DNA from: Octopus sinensis
Lineage: Eukaryota
Length of the DNA: 64,000 nt
Direction: 5' to 3'
NCBI RefSeq assembly: GCF_006345805.1
Contig: NC_043024.1
Coordinates: 15,004,001-15,068,000, forward strand
Of this stretch, positions 24,640 to 34,760 are shown piece by piece. The number at the start of each line of letters is the position of its first letter. Positions within the stretch are counted from its first letter, which is position 1. The notes under the pieces were generated by a model. The model saw nothing but the letters and a program-made list of their open reading frames with translations. It searched no databases and was not told the origin of the DNA. Position numbers and translations under genes: made by a program.

Positions 24640-24912
24640 AGCCTGGGTTTCAGGGGTCCACAGCTTTTTAATATTCTCCCGAAGAGCCTGAGGAACCTGC
24701 ACAAAATGGATGTAGGTGTTTTCAAATAAAAACTAGACCTCTTCCTTTCGAGAGTCCCAGATGAACCTACCTCACGTCAAGAGGTGCAAATGAGGGTAGC
24801 TACATCAAACTCCATTCTTCACCAAGTGTTACATATTAGAAGAGGCTGTCAGTAATAACAGTGTAGCAAAATGGCAGTGCTCCAGCATGACCACAGCTCT
24901 GAGCTGAAACTA
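24640..24912 (+). mobile_element. CR1/L2-type LINE 3' end (ORF2 C-terminus + UTR)
   Basis: LGFRGPQLFNILPKSLRNLHKMDVGVFK*KLDLFLSRVPDEP...ATSNSILHQV; UTR ends GGCAGTGCTCCAGCATGACCACAGCTCTGAGCTGAAAC. Confidence 0.75.
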
Positions 24913-25077
24913 CACTATATATATATACATATACAACTTATAAATAAGGGCAAACGAAAAAAATTTCTAATGCCAAATATGCCGAAAATTGGACATATTG
25001 TCCATTACAATATAATTTATCACAATACGCAAGCTACTCAAAAAAAGCCGACAGAAATTTCTAAAAAATTCTATAAT

Positions 25078-25135
25078 TACCATATCGGACCGATTTCAGG
25101 GTTAGTTCGTAAGAACCCTCCCTTCGTCAGTGATA
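25078..25135 (-). ncRNA. Type-I hammerhead ribozyme motif (second copy)
   Basis: Minus strand: UAUCA CUGACGA AGGG(AGGGUUCUUACGAACUAA)CCCU GAAA UCGG U CCGA UA UGGUA; compensatory changes relative to 24159-24219. Confidence 0.8.
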
Positions 25136-25276
25136 CATGTGGCAAAGAAATAAATGAGATACTTACTCATACCCATGGAAGAAGCAAAACACTAAGTCAT
25201 GAGCACAATTAAGTACCCCAAATACATCCAAATATGCTGGCCATTGATAAAATTTTTTTTCCTAAAAAAATTTTAA

Positions 25277-25670
25277 GCTTGCTAACCAACCACATGGTTC
25301 CGGGTTCAGTCCCACTGCGTGGCATCTTGGGCAAGTGTCTTCTGCTATAGCCCCGGGCCGACCAATGCCTTGTGAGTGGATTTGGTAGAAGGGAAACTGA
25401 AAGAAGCCTGTCGTATATATGTATGTATATATAAGCGTGTGTGTATATGTTTGTGTGTCTGTGTTTGTCCCCCTAGCATTGCTTGACAACCGATGCTGGT
25501 GTGTTTACGTCCCCGTCACCTAGCGGTTCGGCAAAAGAGACCGATAGAATAAGTACTGGGCTTACAAAGAATAAGTCCCGGGGTCGATTTGCTCGACTAA
25601 AGGCGGTGCTCCAGCATGGCCGCAGTCAAATGACTGAAACAAGTAAAAGAGTAAAAGAGTAAAGAGAGTA
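25277..25670 (+). mobile_element. SINE (major family, young, 5'-truncated)
   Basis: Nearly identical to 9617-10017. Confidence 0.85.
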
Positions 25671-26034
25671 TATATATACATATATATACATACGCTGAAT
25701 AAAATCATAATCATAAAATCTTAATCAACTGATCCTCCTGTGTTTTCTTTTAACCCAAACCAGGAACATTTTAGCAACCGCTCACATGTGTGTGTGTGTG
25801 TGTGTGCGCGTGAGAACACTGAGAAGCTCCCGAGGAGCCCCAGTGTCCAGAGGGCTAAATCTGACCCCTGTATGCTTCACTTCGTGTCCAGTAAGTTCAC
25901 TATCACCAATTCACCATTTTCTTACCTTCTATAAAGGAGTTTTTAACTATTAATGGTGAGATAGTATCATTTTTACTTGTTTTAGTCATTTGATGAAGGG
26001 ATATAATAAATATCCTGGAAACAGCTGTAAGACC

Positions 26035-26383
26035 TTTAGTCAAGCAACTCGACCCCAGGACTTATTCTTTGTAAGCCTAGCACTTATTCTATCAGCTGAA
26101 CTGCTAAGTTACGGGGACGTAAACACACCAGCATCGGTTATCAAGTGATGGTGGGAGACAAACACAGACCACACAAACAAATATACTCACACCACCACAC
26201 ACATATTTTATATATATATATAGGCGTAGGACTGGCTGTGTGGTAAGTAGCTTGCTTACCAGCCACGTTGTTCCAGGTTCAGTCCCACTGCATGGCACCT
26301 TGGGCAAGTGTCTTCTACTATAGCCTCGGGCCGACCAAAGCCTTGTGAGGGATTTGGTGGATGGAAACTGAAAGAAGCCCGTC

Positions 26384-26424
<41 letters not shown>

Positions 26425-26848
26425 GTACGTGTGTGTATATGTTTGTGTGTCTGTGTTTGTCCCCCCAACATCACTTGACAACTGATGCTGGTGTGTATAC
26501 GTCTCCGTAACTTAGTGGTTTGGCAAAAGAGACCAATACAATAAGTACTAGGCTTACAAAGAATAAGTCCTGGGGTCGAATGCTCGACTAAAGGCAGTGC
26601 TCCAGCATGGCCACAATCAAATTACTGAAACAAGTAAAAGATATATATATATATATATATATGATGATATATATATATATACACACACATGATGGGCTTC
26701 TTTCAGTTTCCGTCTACCAAATCCACTCACAAGGCTTTGGTTGTCTGAAGGCTATAGTAGAAGACACTTGCCCAAGGTGTCATGCATTGGAACTGAACCC
26801 AGAACCATGTGGTTGGTAAGGAAGCTTCTTACCACACAGCTACTCCTG
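26035..26848. mobile_element. Nested SINEs of the major family in opposite orientations
   Basis: A minus copy is split at its central microsatellite by a plus copy (~26222-26640). Confidence 0.75.
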
Positions 26849-28774
26849 TTTATGGATATATTTCCTCAATAAACTTTCTTCACAGTGAATTGATGGTGGT
26901 GAACTTACCTATAATTGCTTTTCTTAGCTGTCAATAAATACATACTATGGTGCCTAGTCACCTGCAATGGACCGGTGTCCCATTCAGGCAGGGGACCTAT
27001 ACACCAATGAAAGCGGGAAACCGGCCCTTATGAGCCAGACATGGCTCGAGAAGGAACAAACTGCAACAACATAGAGCCTAGTACATTGATTTTCTCAGGA
27101 GCCTACAATGCTAAGATGGGCCTTTTTTTTTTTTAACATGAAATTCCCTTTTTTACATGAAATTCTTTATAATCGTAATCTACAACATCTGTAAGGTATT
27201 TGTAGAAAATTTCATTAAAAAACAAAGGAAACTAAATCAGGTGGGTGTTTGCACTTGTATAGGTATGCTATTTTTACAATGTATTATTTGAATATAAAAC
27301 ATTTTATATAAGAGTTAATTCCTTCACAGATAGAAATTAAGATACTATAATGAAAACTTGCCTATATTTCCTCCTCCCCATTCTCTTCCTCTTCATCTGT
27401 TGCCTTATATAAAAAGAAAATGTTTTCAAGACTGAAATATATCTGGAGATGTAATTATATAGATTTTCTTTTAGAGAATGATTTTTAAGGATTTAAAAAT
27501 TCCTTCCTGCTGCTTGAGTGTTTTTAAAAAATGTTTTGTTTTTTTAAAAATTGTATTATGTTAAACAAAAATATGACTAATAAAACGAGGTATGAAAATA
27601 GTTTTATAAATATCTTTTTCAAGTTTGTACTTTTATTTAAATTTTTCCATGTGAAATGCTGTACTAGAAATTATATATTTGATCAAAGATCATGAAGAAT
27701 CTTTGCTATAGAGTATCAACAGTATTTTGATGATGAAACCTAAAGCATTCTGTTTGTGGTAATGTATGTAAAATGATAAGAAGCTTGCTTCCCAACCACA
27801 TGGTTCCGGGTTCAGTTCCAATGCATAGCACCTTGGGCAAGTGTCTTCTACTACAGCCTTCAGACAACCAAAGCTTTGTGAGTGGATTTGGTAGACAGAA
27901 ACTGAAAGAAGCCCGTCATATATGTGTGTGTATGTTAATTTAACTTGCAGGCCAGTTACATATGTGTGTTTTAATTTGATGTCATCATTCATCTAGGATG
28001 TAATCGAAGAATTACTTATCCTTTACTTAAGCCTTTCTTTGCAGAGCAGTGATTATTGACCAATTTTTACCTATGGGCCCAGTTTTACTCAGGTGGACTC
28101 TCTGTAGCCATTTGATGATAGTAACATTGTGGTGTCGACTCTTGGACTGGGCGACGAGTTGTGTTCTTGCGTAAAACACTTCAGTTCATGTTGCTCTTGT
28201 CCACTCAGCTGGCAAAGATAAGTAACCCTGCAAGGGACCAGTGTTCCATTCAGGGAGGAATGTTGCGATCTTGGTCACTCAGTCACCATGGACACTGAGT
28301 ACCTAGACCTATACTTCCTCAAACTCAGATGATTTTTGCTGCTATTTCTAGCAGTCTGAAACCACATAGATGTTCCTAGACTTGGCAGAGCATCGACGGA
28401 CAGATGAATGCGCATCAAGGATCAGCGGTCGCGTAGGAAGTCGGGGACAAGAAACAGGAAGAAAGAGCGAGAGAAAGAGTACAACAGGGGTCGCCACCAC
28501 CCCCTGCCGGAGCTTCGTGGAGCTTTAGGTGTTTTCGCTCAATAAACACACACAACGCCCGGTCTGGGAATCGAAACCGCGAGTCTGCTGCCCAAACCAC
28601 TGGGCCATTGCACCTCCTGCAGTATCTGCCTCGCTTCTTTGTGTTATTTGAATAACACCTGTGACGTCATTGGTGCCAAGACGTGACGGCCCTTGCCTTG
28701 GTTCGCCCCCTGAGCAATACTGCAGTAGGGAAGGCGAAAACTTGAACGCATGGACAGATACAAGTCTTCCTTAA

Positions 28775-28995
28775 CCCTTTAGTGTTCAGATTACTCTGTT
28801 AAATGTAATACTTTTTCACTCAAATTGTTTTGAATTAATCCTGGATCATCTCACAGCTTTGAGGTTTCAATGATGTGATTACTTATTTTTAGAATGGCAT
28901 TGTAGGTTAGGTGTGAGAGGCTAGATATCGCCAGTTTGAATATAAAACATGTAGAATATATTGGGCTGGATTTGGCCAGTTTAAACACTAAAGGG
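28775..28995. mobile_element. piggyBac-type MITE
   Basis: TTAA|CCCTTTAGTGTT ... AACACTAAAGGG|TTAA: TTAA TSD and CCCT-starting TIRs. Confidence 0.85.
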
Positions 28996-29320
28996 TTAAA
29001 ATATAATTTAACCAGATCTCTGCATACAAGTGTCGACATATGATAAACCTTGACCGACGGAGATCCTACAATATAATCCTCTCTAAATATTTCTAGTTAG
29101 CTTTATAATTGAATTAAATAATTTAAACACTAACTCAACTTTTATGATTTTAGTATTTGAAACTGTCCTTTACAAGGGAGATAACCTTTCCTTGATGGAC
29201 CTTCAGTCTAATACTTTATTATCTCCCTTGTAAAAAAGCCAAACTATTTCATTAACTTCCTATTTTCTCTCAGAAATTAATTAGACAAACGCAGTGGATC
29301 GACGGAATTGTCAGAGCAAT

Positions 29321-29778
29321 AAGGCGGCGAGCTGGCAGAAACGTTAGCACGCCGGGTGAAATGCGTGGCCGTATTTCGTATGCCGTTACGTTCTGAGTTC
29401 AAATTCCACCGAGGTCGACTTTGCCTTTCATCCTTTCGGGGTCGATAAATTAAGTACCAGTTACGCACTGGTCGATGTAATCGACTTAATCCATTTGCCT
29501 GTCCTTGTTTGTCCTCTCTGTGTTTAGCCCCTGGTGGGTAGTAAAGAAATAGGTATTTCGTCTGCAGCTATGTTCTGAGTTCAAATTCCGCCGAGGTTGA
29601 CAAATTAAGTACCAGTTACGTACTGGGATCGATATAATCGACTTAATCCGTTTGTCTGTCCTCTCTGTGTTTAGCCCCTTGTGGGTAGTAAAGAAATAGG
29701 TATTGGAGTCGATGTAATCGACTTAATTTCTTTGTCCGTCCTCTCTATGTTTAGCCCCCGGTGGGCAATAAAGAAATA
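29321..29778 (+). mobile_element. SINE (AAGGCGGCGAGCTGGCAGAAACGTTAGCA family) with tandemly repeated 3' modules
   Basis: tRNA-like head with GAGTTCAAATTCC B-box; related copies at ~725, 2310, 8908, 22072, 30925-31158, 34978, 36436, 37235, 37465 and 53876. Confidence 0.8.
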
Positions 29779-31566
29779 AATAACGACTTCATCATGAGGA
29801 CAAATATGAGTAGTTACGTGCGGACCTGGAAATGATGAGCAGAATTTGTGGATAACAGATTCGAAACTTTATTTCATGGAAAATAGGGTTTATTGTTATA
29901 CATTTTTCACAAATGTGTGTTTACGTGACTTAGTCAAGTGCCACTTAGTATTTCATTGTTATGCCAGTAGTAAGCAAGCTGCACCAGTGTTAGATAAGTT
30001 GATTTTGAAGGAGTGAGTCAAGTATTTTATCTTTCAAAATTGACTGACAACTGAGAGCGGCTGTTTAAGTGTTTTATCGTAACAAACGGAAGCGTTCAGC
30101 TTAAAAAGGGAGAGAGTGGAAGCGCAATGGCCCAGTGGTTAGGGCAGCAGACTCGCGGTTTCGATTCTTAGACCGGTCGCTGTGTGTGTTCATTGAGTGA
30201 AAACACCTAAAGCTCCACGAGGCTCCGGCAGTGGGTGGTGGCGACCCCTGTTGTACTCTTTCGCCCCAACATTCTCACACTCTTTCTTCCTGTTTCTTGA
30301 GTAACGCTGTGATGGACTGGCGTCTCGTCCAGCTGGAGGGAACACATACGCCACAGAAACCGGGCCCATGAGCCTGGCTAGGCTTGAAAAGGGCGCATAA
30401 ATTAAAAAGGAAAAAAAAAATTAAAAGGGAGAGAGAAAAAGAAAGAATGAGATGGTTTATTTTTGTTACTGACATGTTGAATGTTGCTAGCATATCTAGA
30501 TCTTTTCTGTTTGGCTTGCCAGGTTTCAATCTGTGTGAACTGAGTTCATATTCAGTGTCATGATATACTTTTATATGCCAATCAATGCCATGAAAATCAT
30601 TTTCGCTATGCATCAATAAATAAAGAGTTATTAGCTATCAAAGTTTGAAAATTGCTCAAGTGTACTGTTCTGGAGTCCGTTCAGAAATCAGGGACGTTGT
30701 CAACACCACCAAGAGCTTTCCAGGCGCTAGTAGTTCTTTATGACTTGAGTATCTTTTCGGTTATGTTGGTTCATGTGTTCTATACACTAGTAAAAAGTCA
30801 AGGATATGTTTATGTATACATTTTATGAGGAATAGAACCGCTAAGTTATGGGAGCATAAACGAAAACTGCACTTGTTGTCAAACACACACACACACACAC
30901 ATACAGGAGAAACATGAATAAACTATTTCTTTACTATCCACAAGGGGCTAAACACAGAGAGGACAAAATAAAGACAGACAAACGGATTAAGTCGATTATA
31001 TCAACCCCAGTGCATAACTGGTACTTATTTAATCGACCCCGAAAGGATGAAAGGCAAAGTCGACCTCGGCGGAATTTGAACTCAGAACGTAGCGGCAGAC
31101 GAAATACAGCTAGGCATTTCGCCCAGCGTGCTAACGATTCTGCCAGCTCGCCGCCTTGAATAAACGCAAGTTCCTCTCATTTGTTCCCTACCACATTGGA
31201 TATTCCAAGTGCCAATGGATGCCGATCCATAACAGATCATCAGGGGAACAACATAATGCACTACAGTGTTCTCCACGATGATCTCTGTTGTAGTAAAGCA
31301 TCCAATTATACTTGGAACATCCAATGCAGCGGTTGCAAATAACCAAAGTGGTGAAAATGTACATAGGGGACAATACGAACGTGTTTATCGTAACTTCTAC
31401 ATTTGTCCTGCATATCATAACCAGTAATACTATGGGGAACAGAAGTAACCACACCACTATACTGGAAGTAGGCCAGATTTTGACAATCTAGATCAGAAGT
31501 TCTCAAACCGTTTGGGCAACATGGCAACATAATACACTCAGCGCTCCCACCCCTATTTTTACCATA

Positions 31567-31920
31567 CTCTTTTACTTGTTTCAGTCATTTGACTGCGGCC
31601 ATGCTGGAGCACCGCCTTTAGTCGAGCAAATCGACCCCAGGACTTATTCTTTGTAAGCCTAGTACTTATTCTATCGGTTTTTTTTTGCCGAACCGCTAAG
31701 TTACGGGAACGCAAACACACCAGCATCGGTTGTCAAGCGATATTGGGGGAACATACACACACATACGACGGGCTTCTTTCAGTTTCCGTCTACCAAATCC
31801 ACTCACAAGGCTTTGGTCGGCCCGAGGCTATAATAGAAGACACTTGCCCAAAGTGCCACGCAGTGGGACTGAACCCGGAACCATGTAGTTGGTAAGCAAG
31901 CTTCTTACCCCACGGCCACT
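31567..31920 (-). mobile_element. SINE (major family)
   Basis: Near-complete copy, CpGs retained. Confidence 0.85.
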
Positions 31921-32526
31921 AAATACTTTATATTTTACTAATTTATATAAACTACGAATCATTTGATATTTAATATCCATATTAAAATTGGCAAAAATCG
32001 ACATTTCTAAATTACCAGACCCGCCCCCATTTCCTTCATTTTAAACTTTTTTTCAGAATTTTTTCTCTCAAAATATGCGGAAAAATACGGAGATTACGAT
32101 TCTGAAAAAAAAAAAAAAGAAAAATTTTCCAAAAATCTTTGTAAAATTTTAAAGAATTTTTTTCTTTTCTAAATATGCGGAAAAATAGGGACAAAAATTT
32201 CAAAACATTTCTGTACTTACGGTTAAGGTTTTAGGGTTACTGTTGCGGAAAAAAAAAAGTCAAAATTGAAGTTGGGGGGCAATTTTTGGCAATTTTCCGA
32301 AATCTCCGTATCCGAAAACGGGGATTTTTGGCAAAAAAATTAATAAAAACAGATTTGGGAGAAAATGTGGAGGGCCAAGTCTTTCCAAAATCAGTTTAAA
32401 ATACAGTCAGTCCGAATTTTTAGCTTAAATTCCAGCAATAGACCATGAAGTGTGTTTATGAGGCGAAAGGTATGGGGAAAAAATAAAAAATCAATACGTT
32501 CGAGTGAGAAACCAAGGATGGCTTGG

Positions 32527-32931
32527 GGATCTTTTCGGTTTGAACGGCAGTTTTTTCTAGTGGTGTTATATGAAATTGTCACCCATAATTATGATCCTAG
32601 TATCGATCTATTGCATTTCAATCTGTTTTAGGGTTAGGGGGAAGGGTATCATTCTTTCTTCAGAAATGTAAATAAACCCAATCTGTTTCTTAAACAAGGG
32701 ACATATTCATACGGCACAGAATGTTTTCACCTCAATAGACGTCATTGATTGGTTGGTTGAAATTGCAGAAAAAAAAAAACCCAACAAATATCTTACAAAT
32801 TATAGAATTTTCTCAATAAAGCCAAGATAAAAAGATGTTTTATAAACACGTTCTACCAGTATACGAAGTTTAAATGTGTTTAGTTACGTGGAAATTATTA
32901 AAAAAAACTGCCGGTCAAAGCGAAAAGATCC
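32527..32931. mobile_element. MITE with GG-starting TIRs (Merlin-like non-autonomous element)
   Basis: TIRs GGATCTTTTCGGTTTGAACGGCAGTTTTT / AAAAACTGCCGGTCAAAGCGAAAAGATCC; internal TTAGGGTTAGGG; sister copy at 38525-38939. Confidence 0.8.
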
Positions 32932-33329
32932 GGGTATGGTCATGAGATGTGCTAAAAATAACAGCTAAATGTCCCTTAAATCATGTAGAAAAATTTCTTT
33001 TTGGTCTTTGCACAGCCATATGAATTCCCGAGTGTAGAATATACATTCGTAAAATTTTTCTAAACATTTCAAAAACTGAAAAAAAAGTTATATACCGTGT
33101 GTAAAACAGAATTCTGTCAAAAGGGAAATGCATTTAGCGCTTTAAAAGTCAAAGACTGAAAAATGACGAAAAGTGGAATTCAGATGTAGTCCACTCTAGT
33201 GGATGCCTTGAGAGTGATCTTGCTGTTATTTCTAGTATGTCGAGCGACCACATTGAGATCTGCTTAGTGTTTAATATAAGAAGAGCACGCTGCCCTACGT
33301 CGGAAAAAAGGCGATTGTGGTCTTTTGAA

Positions 33330-33513
33330 ACAGCTAGAAATAACAGCCAAATCCCTCTAGTGTTCGCTATATGATAGGCGCGCCCGTCACAGGGTTGGGC
33401 GGTCTTTCGGAATAGCTAGAAATAACAGCCAAATCCCTTTAGTGTTCGCTATATGATGGGCGCGCCCGTCACAGGGTTGGGCGGTCTTTCGGAATAGCTA
33501 GAAATAACAGCCA
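33330..33513. repeat. Tandem 68-bp duplication, CpG-rich (GGCGCGCC)
   Basis: AGCTAGAAATAACAGCCAAATCCC..TAGTGTTCGCTATATGAT.GGCGCGCCCGTCACAGGGTTGGGCGGTCTTTCGGAAT present twice plus a partial third unit. Confidence 0.8.
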
Positions 33514-34464
33514 AGCCCGATTTTTTTTTCTTTTTGGTTATATGGGATGCTAAAACCAGAATTCCACTTTTTTTTTTTTTACTTTTAATTAATTGACAAA
33601 AACGAAAACACCAGATGTGAAGAAAAATTTTAGTTTCCAATTCTTAAATATACAAAAATATATTCAATCGAAAATAAATAAAAACTCAGTGTGTACAGGT
33701 TTTCTGAAGTCTGACATGGAATTAAAACCAAGTCCAAAAGTTCATAATTGTAACTTTTTTTTTTTTTTACAAATGAAAATGAAATTTATATGGCATTGAA
33801 TAATTGTCCAATTATATTTCACAAGACGAAGTTTTCATATATATATATATATATGTATATATGCAATGTATTTTGTAAAAACTTTATCAATAATAATTAT
33901 TAATATTATTATTTTTCACAATTTCAGAAAGTCAGAATTAGAATTCATTCTAATTTGTTAGCTTGTTGACCTTTTTAAAGAAATTATCTTGACTGCCCGA
34001 AAGTAGACAAAATCAAATCCGCAATGCAGAGAACTTCCTTGTTCGCCATCTCATATGAACGAGAGAGAATTTTTCATGGAGAGAAACTGCATCTATGTTC
34101 GCACTGAAATTTTCTTGCGGCAAACTCAATCAGCACACCATAATCTGATCCATAATCTGGTATATGAGAGCACATTCGGTTTAAAATACTGTATCTGGAA
34201 ATAGAAGAGTCAGTGGTCAGCTTTGAATGGAGACAAAACGGAAAAGGTCAAAATAATATCAGAGATTTCATGTTACGTACCGTTAGAATTTAGGGCGGAT
34301 AAACCTATGGTTCACAGCTTTGTCGACACGCTTCTATTTTCAGGCGAAAGTAAAGACCCTGTGGTTAGGGTTAGGGTTTTTGTTACGCCGAAAACGGGCA
34401 GTGTGCGTATTTTCTTTCACCTCCGCCCATTTTCATATCCTCCGTCGAACCACATATGTATTTC

Positions 34465-34760
34465 ATGAGACTTTCCATGGGTGGGATTTTGATTTAAGCG
34501 CCCCATGTGAAACTAATATGGTTAGTGTATACCTCGGGATTTGGATCAAGGAAATTCTCGGCCTGATTCGCCATTCGGTGAATACATCCAAGTTGGCGGA
34601 CAATACAATAGCTTGCCCCTTTATCAGTAAAAAGTGTTGTTCCTGGCGAAACATTTTCTTTATTGTAGTTTCTCAGTACTCTTGTCAGGTACTCGATGAA
34701 GGACACCTTTTTCAGCTGTGGTGTTATAGCAGCCAACGCCCCGAGTTTGCTGGTCCATTG
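34465..34760 (-). pseudogene. Merlin (IS1016/ISXO2-like DDE) transposase fragment
   Basis: KENVSPGTTLFTDKGASY...LGCIHRMANQAENFLDPNPEVYTNHISFTWGA*IKIP matches the ISXO2-type pattern PGT.I.TD.W..Y / H..VNHS.NFVDP..G.HTN.IE..W; in-frame stop, and the Glu of TNxIE is lost. Confidence 0.8.

Noticed and set aside
28655-28700. TGACGTCATTGG as a CRE/CCAAT promoter
   Set aside because: Context resembles the SINE body at ~11460-11505 and ~18950-18990, so it is likely repeat-derived.
34363-34377. TTAGGG units as an interstitial telomere
   Set aside because: Only about two units, embedded in transposon-related sequence.
34465-34760. Bacterial IS1595/ISXO2 contamination or recent bacterial gene transfer
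   Set aside because: Decayed fragment embedded among host SINEs; eukaryotic Merlin elements explain the similarity.
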